Origin: an uncultured Acidobacteriota bacterium | GTDB lineage: Bacteria; Acidobacteriota; Thermoanaerobaculia; UBA5066; Gp7-AA6 | Length of the DNA stretch: 64,000 nt | Direction: 5' to 3' | Assembly (NCBI GenBank): GCA_963764715.1 | Contig: CAVXTP010000006.1 | Coordinates: 320,001-384,000, forward strand | In this document: positions 51,391-62,079 of the stretch, in pieces | Layout of the letters: the number at the start of each line of letters is the position of its first letter | How positions within the stretch are numbered: position 1 is the stretch's first letter | Position numbers and translations under genes: made by a program | The notes under the pieces: generated by a model | What the model saw: the letters and a program-made list of their open reading frames with translations, nothing else | Told to the model about the DNA's origin: nothing | The model's database searches: none

Positions 51391-53811
51391 CTAGTCCTCG
51401 ACGATCGCCGCCGCGTCCTGCGCGTCCTCCACGGCCTTCCTGTCCTCCGCGCTCATGCCTGACGGTTTCACGTCGATCGTGACCTTCACGATCTTGCCGG
51501 TGAACTTGTTGTCGAGCGGCTTGTAGTCGTTGGACACCGCGGTCTCGCCGTCCAGGCCCACGTCCGCGCCTTCGTCGGCGGAAAACGCGTAGGGCTGCGT
51601 CTTCGGGATGTGCGCCTGCCCGACCTTCTGCCCGTCAACGAAGAGGGTTCCGTTCCCCCCGGCGCCCGGCTTCGGAGAGTCAGGCACGAACTCGTAGCGG
51701 ATTTCGTGCTTCCCGGCGGAGACCGCGGCGGACCCGGGGATCTTCGTCCACTCCACGCCGAAGAAGTTGTATTCGAAGACGGGCCGGCCTTCCTTCATGT
51801 AGAGCGTCCATCCGCCGAACCTGCCGGCCTGCGCGAGGATGACTCCCTCGGTCTTCGCGTCGCGCAGCTCCACCGGCGCGGTGATCGTGAAGGGCACGTT
51901 CTTGACGTTGATGAACGCGTTCTCGGTCATGCCGAGCATGCCCGGATAGACCGTCAACGACGTCCGTCCGTTCATCAGGTCCGGCCTCCCGGCGACCTTG
52001 GGATCGAAGCGCTCCGAACGGCGGTCATCGATCGGCAGCACGTGGTTGGCGATCGCCTCCTTCATGAAGAGGTCCTGGAGCTCCTTCAGCTTCGCGGGAT
52101 TCTGCGCGGCCAGGTCGCGGGCCTGGCTGAAGTCTTCGGCCGTGTGGTACAGCTCCCAGACGTCGGCGGACAGCGCCGGAAGCGGCACCATCAGCCAGGG
52201 GATCGAGTGGCGGGCCGCCGCGACCCATCCGTCGTGGTAGATCCCGCGGTTGCCGAACATCTCGAAGTACTGGGTCGTGTGCGTCTCACCGGCCTTCGGG
52301 TCGTCGAAGGAGTAGGCCATCGACGTCCCGTCGAACGGCCGCTGAGCCGCTCCGTTGACGCTCGTCGGAAACGGTAGGTTCGCCGCCTCGAGGACCGTCG
52401 GCGCGATGTCGGTCACGTACGTGAACTGCGACCGGACGGACCCCTTGTCCCGGATCCGGGCCGGCCAGTGGAGCACGATTCCGTTCGTCGTCCCGCCGTA
52501 GTGCGACGCGATCTGCTTGGTCCACTGGAACGGCGTATCGCCGGCCCAGGCCCAGCCGATGGCGTAGTGCGGGAACGTGCTCGGGCCGCCCCAGTCCTCG
52601 TAGTGGGGCATGTTGATGGCGGCGGTGCTGATGATCCCGTTCAACGCCATCATCTCGTTGTAGGCGCCCTCGGGTCCGCCTTCCGCACTCGCGCCGTTGT
52701 CGCCGACGATGTAGATGAAGAGCGTGTTGTCCATCACGCCCATCCCCTGCAGGGCGTCCACGAGGCGCCCCACCTGCTCGTCCGTGTGCTCCCCGAAGGC
52801 GGCAAACGTTTCCATCTGCCGCGCCTCGAGCTTTCGCTGGTCGGGCGTCTGCGAGGACCACGACGGGATCTCCTTCGGCCGCCGGGTCAGCCCGGCGTTC
52901 GCGGGAACGATGCCCATCTTCTTCTGCCGCGCGAACGTCTCTTCGCGCAGCGCGTCCCAGCCCTGGTCGAACCTGCCCTTGTACCGATCGACGTACGCCT
53001 TCGGCACGTGATGGGGCGCGTGCAGCGCGCCGGTCGCGAAGTAGACGAAGAACGGCTTGTCCGGGGTCAGCGAGTGCTGCGCCTGCATCCAGGCGATCGC
53101 CTGGTCCGTCATGTCCACGGTGAAGTGGTAGTCCGGATCGTGGGGCGGCTCCACGCGGATGGTCCCGTCGTAGATCGCCGGCGCCCACTGGTTCGTCTCG
53201 CCGCCGATGAAGCCGTAGAACTTGTCGAAGCCGGAGTGAGTCGGCCAGCGGTCGTAGGGACCCGAGACCGAGACTTCCCAGGGCGGCGTCTCGTGGTACT
53301 TGCCGAAGGCTCCCGTGCTGTAGCCGTTCAACCGCAGCATTTCCGCCAGCGGCGCGACGCTCTGCGGCCGGATGCCCGTATTGCCGGGAAACGCCGTGGC
53401 GAGCTCCATGATCGCGCCGGCGTTGTTGACGTGATGGTTGCGGCCCGTCAGCAGCGCCGTGCGCGTCGGGGAACAGAGCGCGGTCGTGTGGAAGTTGTTG
53501 AAACGCAGCCCGCCGCCCGCCAGCTTGTCCAGCGTCGGCATCTGGATCGGCCCGCCGAACGCGCTCGACTGGCCGAAGCCGATGTCGTCGAGCAGGACGA
53601 CGACGACGTTCGGGGCGCCCTGGGGCGCCTTCACGTCGAAGCGCGCCGGCGGCTTGACGTCGCGGGCACTCAGCTCGGTGATGACGGGAGGCTGCGGCTC
53701 GGGAATCGGGAGAACGGTGCGGTCGACCTGCTGCGCGAGGACATTCTGGCCGCCGCAGAGGGCGCAGAAGGCCGCGGCGAGAGCAAGCCTTCGCGAGAAC
53801 GGGATCTTCAA
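51391..53811 (-). CDS. Arylsulfatase
   Basis: TTG start with GGAGG RBS; LLDDIGFG, CSPTR..LLTGR, GKYH, GDNG. Confidence 0.9.
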   Translation of the reverse strand: MKIPFSRRLALAAAFCALCGGQNVLAQQVDRTVLPIPEPQPPVITELSARDVKPPARFDVKAPQGAPNVVVVLLDDIGFGQSSAFGGPIQMPTLDKLAGGGLRFNNFHTTALCSPTRTALLTGRNHHVNNAGAIMELATAFPGNTGIRPQSVAPLAEMLRLNGYSTGAFGKYHETPPWEVSVSGPYDRWPTHSGFDKFYGFIGGETNQWAPAIYDGTIRVEPPHDPDYHFTVDMTDQAIAWMQAQHSLTPDKPFFVYFATGALHAPHHVPKAYVDRYKGRFDQGWDALREETFARQKKMGIVPANAGLTRRPKEIPSWSSQTPDQRKLEARQMETFAAFGEHTDEQVGRLVDALQGMGVMDNTLFIYIVGDNGASAEGGPEGAYNEMMALNGIISTAAINMPHYEDWGGPSTFPHYAIGWAWAGDTPFQWTKQIASHYGGTTNGIVLHWPARIRDKGSVRSQFTYVTDIAPTVLEAANLPFPTSVNGAAQRPFDGTSMAYSFDDPKAGETHTTQYFEMFGNRGIYHDGWVAAARHSIPWLMVPLPALSADVWELYHTAEDFSQARDLAAQNPAKLKELQDLFMKEAIANHVLPIDDRRSERFDPKVAGRPDLMNGRTSLTVYPGMLGMTENAFINVKNVPFTITAPVELRDAKTEGVILAQAGRFGGWTLYMKEGRPVFEYNFFGVEWTKIPGSAAVSAGKHEIRYEFVPDSPKPGAGGNGTLFVDGQKVGQAHIPKTQPYAFSADEGADVGLDGETAVSNDYKPLDNKFTGKIVKVTIDVKPSGMSAEDRKAVEDAQDAAAIVED

Positions 53812-53925
53812 CGTGCCTCCTTTGGGTCGGCTCGATGCCCCGGGAGCAGTCGACGGCCCGGCCGATCCTACACGCGAACGCCCGGAAGGCCGGGCGAGGC
53901 GCCGGCGGGACGTAGAATCGGAAAC

Positions 53926-55263
53926 ATGCGATCGGCCTCCGCGGGCGTTCCCGGAAGGCTGCTTGCGTTCATGGCCGCCGGCGCGATCCTGTCGGGTCTC
54001 GCCGGCTGCTCCTACCTCCAGTGGAAGCAGTCGAAGCACGAGGAGCGGGAGCGGCTCAAGAAGAACCCCGCGGACCTCGCCCTGGCGCGCGACTACGCGC
54101 CGCAGGATTGCTACGGATTGGTCGGGCGAATCCAGCTCCCCGCGCACGCGCATTCGCTTCTCGCGGCGGCGTTCAGCCACGGGAAAGCGCCGCAGCTTGT
54201 GGGCTGGGCCACCGTCGACCGGAAGAGAGGTTACTTCGCGATTCTCCTGCCCTCGGGCAGCTACGACCTCCTCTTCTTCACGGACGTGAACGGCGACGGT
54301 CTCTACGTGACCGACGAGGTCGTCGGGCGAACGCCGCCGGATGCTCCGGTCGCCGTGGACGCGAAGGACGCCGCGGACGGCATCGCCGTCCCCGCGCCGG
54401 AGGTCGCGGTCGACCTCGAGAATCCTCGCGCCGCCCCGATCACGGTGCACGTGGTCGTCAATCCGCAACCTTCGGTCGTCGAGTCGGTGGACGACCCGAT
54501 CTTTTCACCCGAGCTCGGCGAGCTCGGTGTCTACCAGCCGAGCCGGTTCCTCGCGCGGACGCAGCGCTGGTTCTTCTCGGTCGGCGAGCCCGACGTCTCG
54601 AAGACGCAACTGGTCCTCGTGCACGGCATCGACGGCACGCCCCGGGACTTCCGAAGTCTGATCGCCGGCATCGACCGGAGCCGTTACAGCGTGTGGCTCT
54701 TCTACTACCCGTCGGGGCTGTCCCTCGACCAATTGGGCAACGCCCTCGCCCAGACGGTCCGGCGGCTCGTGGCCGGGTTCGGCGGGAAGGACGTGCGCCT
54801 GGCGATCGTCGCGCACAGCATGGGCGGTCTCGTGGGCCGCCTCGCGGTCAACCAGCTGTGCCGCGACGGTCGTCCTCCCTATCTCCGGATGTACGCGTCG
54901 TTCGACACTCCTTATGGCGGAGTCGAGGCGGTGGCGGGCGCGGTCAAGCGGAGAACCGAACTGGTCCCCTCCTGGATCGACGTCGCCACCGGCAGCCCCT
55001 TCCTGACCCGGCTTCACGCGACGCCCCTGCCCCGGGACCTCCCGTTCCACCTCTTCTTCGGCTGGGGCGACCACCACGGCCACGGCCCGAGCCCCGCGGG
55101 CGACGGAACGATCACCCTGGAGAGCCAGCTCGATCCGCGCGCCCAGGAAGTCGCGACGGCGATCAGCGGGTTCGGAGACACCCACGTCGGCATCCTGTCG
55201 GACCCGAAGGCGCTCAAGGCCCTGGCGCGAGTTCTCGACTCGGCGACGGCCGGCGAGCCCTAG
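53926..55263 (+). CDS. Alpha/beta-hydrolase lipoprotein
   Basis: LAGC lipobox; LVHGI, AHSMGG, GDGTI, HVGIL. Confidence 0.8.
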   Translation: MRSASAGVPGRLLAFMAAGAILSGLAGCSYLQWKQSKHEERERLKKNPADLALARDYAPQDCYGLVGRIQLPAHAHSLLAAAFSHGKAPQLVGWATVDRKRGYFAILLPSGSYDLLFFTDVNGDGLYVTDEVVGRTPPDAPVAVDAKDAADGIAVPAPEVAVDLENPRAAPITVHVVVNPQPSVVESVDDPIFSPELGELGVYQPSRFLARTQRWFFSVGEPDVSKTQLVLVHGIDGTPRDFRSLIAGIDRSRYSVWLFYYPSGLSLDQLGNALAQTVRRLVAGFGGKDVRLAIVAHSMGGLVGRLAVNQLCRDGRPPYLRMYASFDTPYGGVEAVAGAVKRRTELVPSWIDVATGSPFLTRLHATPLPRDLPFHLFFGWGDHHGHGPSPAGDGTITLESQLDPRAQEVATAISGFGDTHVGILSDPKALKALARVLDSATAGEP

Positions 55264-55296
55264 GTCGGCCCCTGGCCCTCGGAAGTCACCCGGCCG

Positions 55297-58287
55297 CTAC
55301 GGCAGCCCGAACGTATTCACCAGGAACGCCGCCATCTGCGCCCGCGTGTTCGCGAGCGCGGGACAGTAGAGCGGCGGCGACGCCCGGCAGCCGCCGGTGA
55401 TCCCGCGCGTGGCGAGGTCCTCGATCCACGCCGCCGCGAACGCGCCCACGGGGACGTCGCCGAACACCGTGCCCGTCGGATCCGGCGGCGCGTAGGCCTG
55501 CCCGAGCAGCGTCTTCAGCAGGAACACCGCCATCTGCGCGCGCGTGACCGGCGCATCGGGGCAGTAGTCGCCGCCTCCGCACCCGGCCGTGATGCCGCGC
55601 GCGGCCAGGTCCTCGATCCACGCCGCGGCGAGGCCGTCCACGGGAACGTCGCCGAAGACGGCGCCGGTCGCGGGCGGGGGTGAGTAGCCGCCGCCCTGCA
55701 GCGCCTTAAGAAGGAAGATGGCCATCTGCCATCGGGTGATCTGGTCCGCTGCGCAGTAGTTCCCGCTGCCGCATCCCGACGTGATTCCGTCGCGCAGGAT
55801 CTTCTCGACGGCCGCGTGGAAGATGTTCCCCTGCGGCACGTCCAGGAAGTCGGCGAGGTACGCCCTTCCGAGCGACCCCTCGGAGCCATCGGGATTGACG
55901 ACCGCAACGTGGACGAGCGTGCCGGCCACCATCTCCGGGTTGAGTCCGGAGAGCTCGGTCGGTGCGATCGTCGGAGACGCCATCGCCTGATTGCCCATCC
56001 ACACCGAGGCGCCGGCCTGGAAGCCGAGGCCCGTCACCGTGACGACGGTGCTCCCCGCCGCCGCCGGGCCCGACGTCGGCCAGACGGAGAGGACGGGGAC
56101 CACGACCGCAGGGTCGATGCGGAAGACGCTGCCTCCGCCGTACTGTCCGCCCGACTGCGTCGTGCCGTACAGGAGCCCGTCGGATGCTTCGAGCAGGGCG
56201 CCGAGAGGCCCGACTCCGTCGCCGCCCCCCTGCGAGAACGAGTGAACGACGGTCTCCGTGCCCTGCAGGTCCAGGCGGAAGACGGTTCCGTCGCCTGAGG
56301 GACCGCTGTGTCCGCCGCCGCCCGTCGTCCCGTACAGGAATCCGTCCGAGCCCTGGATCAGCCCGTTGCCGCCGTAGGTGGCGTCGCCGCTTCCCTGAGC
56401 GCCGAAGGAGTAGATGATCCGGAATTGCCCGGCCGGAGTCACGCGGAAGACGAAGCCGTCGCCGAACTGGCCGCCCGTGGTCGCGGTGCCGTAGAAGTTC
56501 CCGTCGTCGGCCTCGACCAGACCTCCGTAGAGATTCGCTCCGTCGGTCGAGAGCGAGAAATCGTGCAGCGTGGTGAAGGTGCCGTCCAGCGCGAGCCGGA
56601 AGACGTTTCCGTCGTTGAAGGCGCCGCCGCGGTTGGTCGTTCCGTACAGAGCGGAGTCCGAGCCCTGCATCACCCGGATGGCCGAAGGATAGGGATCGGA
56701 GAAATCGTGGATCGACGAGACGTTGCCGGACGTGTCGATGCGCAGGACGTGAAAGAAGATGCCCCCGTAGTAGTTGCCGTCGTCGGCGAGGGTCAGGTAG
56801 AGGGGGCTGGGTATCTCGCCGGCCGTGAAGTCGTGGAGGGTCGTCACGGCTCCCGCCGGATCCATCCGGAAGAAAGTCCCCCACTGGTGCGCCGCCTCGG
56901 AGGTCGTGACGGCGTAGAAGTTCCCGTCGGGATGGAGAATCGGCGGTCCGATGGGGTTCGATCCCTCCGCGGCCGTGAAAGCGTGCACCGTCGTGAAGCC
57001 CGCCCCCGAGGGGGCGAGTGAAAAGGCCGTGCCGTTGCCGAGTGGACCGCCGGCCTGCGTCAGACCCCAGAGCGTGTCGTCGCCGTCCTGGAAAAGCGAG
57101 CCGCGCGGCATCGCGCCATCGGCCATCCCGAATTCGTAGACCAGCTCGAACGCGCCGCTTGCGCTGACGCGATACACCGTGCCGAAACCCCCGCCGCCTC
57201 CGAACGTGGACGCCCCGTAGAAGACGCCGGGATCGACCTCGAGCAGCGCCCCTTCCGGCCCCGAGACGCCGGTGAGAGAAAAGTCGAAGAGCTTCTCGAA
57301 CGTCCCGGCCGTCGAAGTGCGAAAGAACGTGCCGTATCCTCCGAGCCCTGCGGCGCGCGCCGCGCCATAGAGCTTCCCGTCCGAAGCGGAGACGAGCGGG
57401 CCCGCGGGGAAGTTCCCCTCGTACCAGTCGAAGGAGTGAAGGCGGGTCAGGTTGCCCGCCGTGTCCACGCGAAACACGGTGCCGGAGCTGTTCTGGCCGC
57501 CGAACTGCGTCGTGCCGTAGAGCGCGCCGTCCGACCCGAAGACGAGAGTCGCGTCCGGCAGCTGCCCTTCGCTGATCGTGAAGTCGTGGAGCGGCGTGAA
57601 CACCCCGGCGAAAGTCAGCGAGTAGAAGAGGCCGTCGCCGTTGGCGCCCAGGTACGTCGTGCCGTACATGACGCTGCCGCTGATCACGACCCCCGCGCGG
57701 CCCGGCGTGCCCTCCGATTGCGCGAAGCTGTGCAGGACCGAAAAGTTCGCTCCCGAAAGATCGATGTGGAAGGCCGCGCCGTTGCCGAACTCCGCGTCGG
57801 TGGACGTCGTGCCGTAAAGGGAGCTGGAGCTCTCGGCCAGCGCGGCCATGGGCTTTCCGCCGCCCGTTGCGTCGAAGACGTGAAGGGTCGTCAGCGTCCC
57901 CGCGGCATCGATGCGGAACACGGTGCCGAAGCCCGCGACGGCGTCGGTCTTGGTCGTCCCGTAGAACATCCCATCGCTTCCGCGCAGGAGCGCCGCGATG
58001 GGCTGACTGCCGTCGTCGCCCTGGAACGAATGCAACGCCGCGAACGTGTACCCGCCGAGGCCGTCGGGCGTGAGCGTGTAGACCGAGCCGCGGCCGTAGG
58101 ATCCGCCAAACTGCGTCGTGCCGTAGAGGACGCCGCCGTCCCCGAGCACGAGCCCGGCCTTCGGTTGACCGGCGTCGTTCGCGAAGGAGTGGATGAGCGA
58201 GGAGGTTTGGGCGTTGGCGGGCCTCGGCGCGGAGAAGCTCCAGCAGAGAAGCGCGGACAACGCGAAGGCACGCCGTGGGGTTCGCAT
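55297..58287 (-). CDS. Surface protein with Gloeobacter/Verrucomicrobia-type tandem repeats, IPT/TIG and SLH domains
   Basis: Many LHxF..DG..P...L....DG.LYGTT..GG....GTVF units; ADFLDVP plus three SLH units. Confidence 0.88.
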   Translation of the reverse strand: MRTPRRAFALSALLCWSFSAPRPANAQTSSLIHSFANDAGQPKAGLVLGDGGVLYGTTQFGGSYGRGSVYTLTPDGLGGYTFAALHSFQGDDGSQPIAALLRGSDGMFYGTTKTDAVAGFGTVFRIDAAGTLTTLHVFDATGGGKPMAALAESSSSLYGTTSTDAEFGNGAAFHIDLSGANFSVLHSFAQSEGTPGRAGVVISGSVMYGTTYLGANGDGLFYSLTFAGVFTPLHDFTISEGQLPDATLVFGSDGALYGTTQFGGQNSSGTVFRVDTAGNLTRLHSFDWYEGNFPAGPLVSASDGKLYGAARAAGLGGYGTFFRTSTAGTFEKLFDFSLTGVSGPEGALLEVDPGVFYGASTFGGGGGFGTVYRVSASGAFELVYEFGMADGAMPRGSLFQDGDDTLWGLTQAGGPLGNGTAFSLAPSGAGFTTVHAFTAAEGSNPIGPPILHPDGNFYAVTTSEAAHQWGTFFRMDPAGAVTTLHDFTAGEIPSPLYLTLADDGNYYGGIFFHVLRIDTSGNVSSIHDFSDPYPSAIRVMQGSDSALYGTTNRGGAFNDGNVFRLALDGTFTTLHDFSLSTDGANLYGGLVEADDGNFYGTATTGGQFGDGFVFRVTPAGQFRIIYSFGAQGSGDATYGGNGLIQGSDGFLYGTTGGGGHSGPSGDGTVFRLDLQGTETVVHSFSQGGGDGVGPLGALLEASDGLLYGTTQSGGQYGGGSVFRIDPAVVVPVLSVWPTSGPAAAGSTVVTVTGLGFQAGASVWMGNQAMASPTIAPTELSGLNPEMVAGTLVHVAVVNPDGSEGSLGRAYLADFLDVPQGNIFHAAVEKILRDGITSGCGSGNYCAADQITRWQMAIFLLKALQGGGYSPPPATGAVFGDVPVDGLAAAWIEDLAARGITAGCGGGDYCPDAPVTRAQMAVFLLKTLLGQAYAPPDPTGTVFGDVPVGAFAAAWIEDLATRGITGGCRASPPLYCPALANTRAQMAAFLVNTFGLP

Positions 58288-58503
58288 GGAACCTCCCGTG
58301 GTTCGTCCGATCCTAGTACCGTCCGGGGCGAGCGGGGTGCGCCTGATCCTCGGTGCTGTCGATGTTTCTGTCCATGTCCTGTCCGTGAACCACGTCTTGC
58401 AAGGCCAACCCTCGCGCGGTTGCGGGAGCGCGGAGGACGTTGCCTAGACTACGAGGGGAAAAGGCCGGGAGCGGCCCCGCCCCGACGCGTGGACTCACCG
58501 TAG

Positions 58504-58580
<77 letters not shown>

Positions 58581-58692
58581 GCGAAAGGAACGGCGCATGA
58601 TACCGGAATGGAGTGCCCAGTCAACCGGTTAGACTAGAGCTGGAGCCGGGGCCGGCCCCCCCGAAGGGGCCACAGACTGGATCAAATCCCTT

Positions 58693-59820
58693 ATGCGATT
58701 CGGAAAGCTCACCGTCATCGTGCTGGCGGCGCTGGTTGCGCAGTTGCTGGCGGTGCACACGCGCGCGCAGTCGGTCGCGCTGGTCTCCAATCATTCGGTG
58801 TCGGCGGCCGAGACCCGGGCTTTCGACGGCAAGCGCTTCTACCAGCCCGAGCCGCGCTCGGTCCGGTTCGGCGAATGGGCGAAGAAGACTTTCGTCACGC
58901 GCCGGGGCCCCTGGCGCAAGTTCACGAACACTCCCCCGGGCCCGGCGCCGGCCGCGAACGTCTGCGACGGCGATCTGCGGGTGACCTTCGTCAATCACGC
59001 GACGCTCCTCGTCCAGATGGACGGCGTGAACATCCTGACCGATCCGACCTGGGCCAAGCGGTCCGTGGCGACCGTCGGCGTGCGCCGGCGCCGCCCGCCC
59101 GGGATCCGGTTCGAGGACCTGCCGAGGATCGACGCGGTCCTCGTCTCCCACAACCACCAGGACCACATGGACCTGCCGACGCTCCGGCGCCTCGCCGCGA
59201 CGTCCCGTCCCGTCGTCTACTCCGGCCTCGGCAACGGCGTCTTCCTCGCGAAGAACGGCGTCCCGGGCGGGCGCGATCTCGACTGGTGGCAGTCGGCCGA
59301 GCTCGGCCACGGCGTGACGGTCACGGCGGTCCCGGCGCGGCACAGCTCGGGCCGCGGCCTCTTCGACCACGACCGCACGCTCTGGTGCGGCTTCGTCCTC
59401 AGCGGGCCGTCGGGCTCGGTCTACTTCGCGGGCGACACCGGTTGGGGTTCGCACTTTGCCGCGATCGGAAAGCGCTTCCCCGACCTGCGCCTCGCGATCC
59501 TGCCGATCGGCGGATTCAAGCCGGTCTCGTACATGCGCGAGCAGCACATCGGCCCCGAGGACGCGCTCCAGGCGATGCGCGACCTCGGCGCGGCGACCAT
59601 GATCCCGATGCACTTCGGGACCTTCCCCAATTCGGACGAGGGGGAGACCGAGCCCGTGGAGATCCTCGTCGACGCTCTCGCCGTCTCGCCCGACCTTCGC
59701 GACCGCGTCGCGATCCTCGACAACGGCCAGTCCGTCGACGTCCCGCCCGTCCGCCGCCACGAGGTCCCGCTGCAGGCTTCCGGCCGACCCGCGGAACCCC
59801 CTCTCCACGCCGCCCGCTAA
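58693..59820 (+). CDS. MBL-fold metallohydrolase (RomA/NAPE-PLD-like)
   Basis: SHNHQDH, PARHSSGR, YFAGDTG, PMHFGTF. Confidence 0.9.
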   Translation: MRFGKLTVIVLAALVAQLLAVHTRAQSVALVSNHSVSAAETRAFDGKRFYQPEPRSVRFGEWAKKTFVTRRGPWRKFTNTPPGPAPAANVCDGDLRVTFVNHATLLVQMDGVNILTDPTWAKRSVATVGVRRRRPPGIRFEDLPRIDAVLVSHNHQDHMDLPTLRRLAATSRPVVYSGLGNGVFLAKNGVPGGRDLDWWQSAELGHGVTVTAVPARHSSGRGLFDHDRTLWCGFVLSGPSGSVYFAGDTGWGSHFAAIGKRFPDLRLAILPIGGFKPVSYMREQHIGPEDALQAMRDLGAATMIPMHFGTFPNSDEGETEPVEILVDALAVSPDLRDRVAILDNGQSVDVPPVRRHEVPLQASGRPAEPPLHAAR

Positions 59821-59862
59821 GGAATCAGGTCTCGATTTCCCGGTTCGGCTCCTCGGAGTGGA

Positions 59863-59887
59863 GGGCGGCCACGAGGGCCGCCCCTAC
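59863..59887 (-). repeat. GTAG-type REP-like palindrome
   Basis: Minus strand GTAG-GGGCGGCC-CTCGT-GGCCGCCC. Confidence 0.7.
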
Positions 59888-59908
59888 GACCGGGGGCGGC
59901 TCCCCTCG

Positions 59909-59936
59909 TGCCTCCTGCCTCCTGCCTCCTGCCTCC
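59909..59936 (+). repeat. Heptamer tandem repeat (TGCCTCC)x4
   Basis: Read directly from the sequence. Confidence 0.9.
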
Positions 59937-59943
59937 TGCTCCC

Positions 59944-61977
59944 CTACCAGACGTCACACCTTTTATCCTCCGGCCTGACCATCGGCGAGCCCGGCTTGCA
60001 GCCGAACGCCTTCGCGAACTCCGGCAGGTTCGACAGCGGCCCGATGACCCGGAACTTCGCGATCGGGTGCGGGTCGCCCTGCGCCATCGTCCGCGCGAGC
60101 TCGGGGCGGATGGCGTCGCCGCGGAACTGGCCCCACGCGATGAAGAACTGCTGATCCGGCGTGAAGCCGTCGATCGTCGGGAGCGGCGGCTTTCCCTTCT
60201 GCGCGATCTGGAACGCCCGGTAGGCGATGCGCGCCCCCGCGAGGTCGCCGATCGACTCGCCCACGACGAGCCTGCCCTTCTGCGGCACGCCCGGCTCGAC
60301 CTCGTAGGCGTCGTACTGGGCGACGACGCAGGCCGTCTTCTCCTGGAACTTCTTCAGGTCCTCCGGCGACCACCAGTTCTCGAGCCGGCCGAGAGCGTCG
60401 AACTGCGCCCCCTGGTCGTCGAAGCCGTGGCTGATCTCGTGGCCGATCACGACGCCGATCGCGCCGTAGTTGACGGCGTCGTTGAACTCCATCCCGAAGG
60501 CCGGCGGCTGCAGGATTCCGGCGGGAAACACGATCTCGTTGAGCGACGGGTTGTAGTACGCGTTCGACGTCGGGGGCGTCATGCCCCACCGGCCGCGGTC
60601 GACGGGCTTGCCGATCGTCGAGAGGTTGTCGGTCACGTTGAACCGGAGCGCCGCGGCGACGTCGTCCCAGTAGGAGGCCCGCGAGATCGGCACCTTGCTG
60701 TAGTCCTTCCACTTGTCGGGATAGCCGACCTTGGGGTTGAACGTCGAGAGCTTCTCCAGCGCCTTCGCCTTGGTCTCCGCGCTCATCCAGTCGAGGCCCT
60801 CGATCGTCTCCTTCATCGCGAGGAGGACGTTCCGGACGAGCTCCTGCATGCGGGCCTTCGCCGCCGGCGGGAAGTACTTCTCGACGTACTTCCGGCCGAG
60901 CGCCTCGCCGAGCAGGCGGTCCGTCGACTCGGCGCAGAGCTTCCAGCGGGGCTTCATCTCCCTCTCGCCCTTCAGGTAGGCGCCCTTGAACGCGAAGTCC
61001 TCGTCGACGAACGGGTCCGACAGCGACCCGGCGATCGTGTCGACGAGCTGCCAGGTCATGTAGGTCTTCCAGTCCGCGACGGGCGCCGTCTTCAGGAGGC
61101 GCTGCACCTCGGCCATGAACTTCGGCTCGTTGACGTTGACGTCGCCCGCCGGGAAGCCGGAGGCCTTCGCATAGCCCGCCCAGTCGAAGGCCGGGGTCAT
61201 CTTCTGCAGGCTCGCCCAGGCCGTCTTGTGGTCGGTCGCGTTGGGGTCGCGCAGGGCGACGTTGTCGAGCGACGCCTCGGCGAGCCGCTTCTCGAACGCG
61301 AACACGGTCGACGCCGCCGCCTTCGCCCGCGCCGGCGTCCAGCCGGCGAGCTCGAGCATCTTCGCGACGTGCTCGCGGTATTTCTCCCGGGCTTCGACGA
61401 ATCGCTTCTCGGTCTTCACGTAGTAGTCGCGGTCGGGCAGGCCGAGTCCGCTCGCGTAGACGAAGGCGATGACGTCGTTGGGGTTGTGGTTGTCCGAGCC
61501 GCCCGTGACCCCGAACGGAACCGGGATGCCGAGAGCGTGGAATTTCGCGATCATCCGGCCGACGTCGGCCGGGGTCTTCATCGCGTCGATCTCGGCGAAG
61601 TACGGCCGCAGCGGAGCGACGCCGGCCGCGTTGCGCGCGGGCTGGTCCATGCACGCCCCGTAGTAGTCGCCGACGAGCTGCTCGACGCTTCCGCGCCGGG
61701 CGTCCTTGGTCGCCGCGGTCTCCTCGAGGATCTCCTTGAGCTGCTCCTTGGCGTCCTCGCCGGCCTTCCAGCGCCGGCTCCAGCGGGACATGGAGGGCGG
61801 GATCGGGTTGGCCGTCCGCCAGGCGCCGTTGGAGAACGCGTAGAAGTCGGTGCAGGCTTCGACGTTGCGGTCCATGTCGGCGACCTCGATGCCCCTGGGG
61901 GGCTCCTCGGCGGCGACGAAGCCGGGCGAGGCGAGGGCGGCGGCGAGGACGGAAGCGGCGAGGACGCGTCGGTGCAT
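59944..61977 (-). CDS. M13-family zinc metallopeptidase
   Basis: CTDFY, NAYY, GHEISHGFD, GESIGD, DPHP. Confidence 0.95.
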   Translation of the reverse strand: MHRRVLAASVLAAALASPGFVAAEEPPRGIEVADMDRNVEACTDFYAFSNGAWRTANPIPPSMSRWSRRWKAGEDAKEQLKEILEETAATKDARRGSVEQLVGDYYGACMDQPARNAAGVAPLRPYFAEIDAMKTPADVGRMIAKFHALGIPVPFGVTGGSDNHNPNDVIAFVYASGLGLPDRDYYVKTEKRFVEAREKYREHVAKMLELAGWTPARAKAAASTVFAFEKRLAEASLDNVALRDPNATDHKTAWASLQKMTPAFDWAGYAKASGFPAGDVNVNEPKFMAEVQRLLKTAPVADWKTYMTWQLVDTIAGSLSDPFVDEDFAFKGAYLKGEREMKPRWKLCAESTDRLLGEALGRKYVEKYFPPAAKARMQELVRNVLLAMKETIEGLDWMSAETKAKALEKLSTFNPKVGYPDKWKDYSKVPISRASYWDDVAAALRFNVTDNLSTIGKPVDRGRWGMTPPTSNAYYNPSLNEIVFPAGILQPPAFGMEFNDAVNYGAIGVVIGHEISHGFDDQGAQFDALGRLENWWSPEDLKKFQEKTACVVAQYDAYEVEPGVPQKGRLVVGESIGDLAGARIAYRAFQIAQKGKPPLPTIDGFTPDQQFFIAWGQFRGDAIRPELARTMAQGDPHPIAKFRVIGPLSNLPEFAKAFGCKPGSPMVRPEDKRCDVW

Positions 61978-62079
61978 GGAAACCTCCGGCCGGGGATTCT
62001 ATCGGGCGGGCGCGGACGCGATCCGTCGCCTCCCCACATCGCGCCCCACTGACTCGGCGCGGGCTCCGACTCTGGCCGC

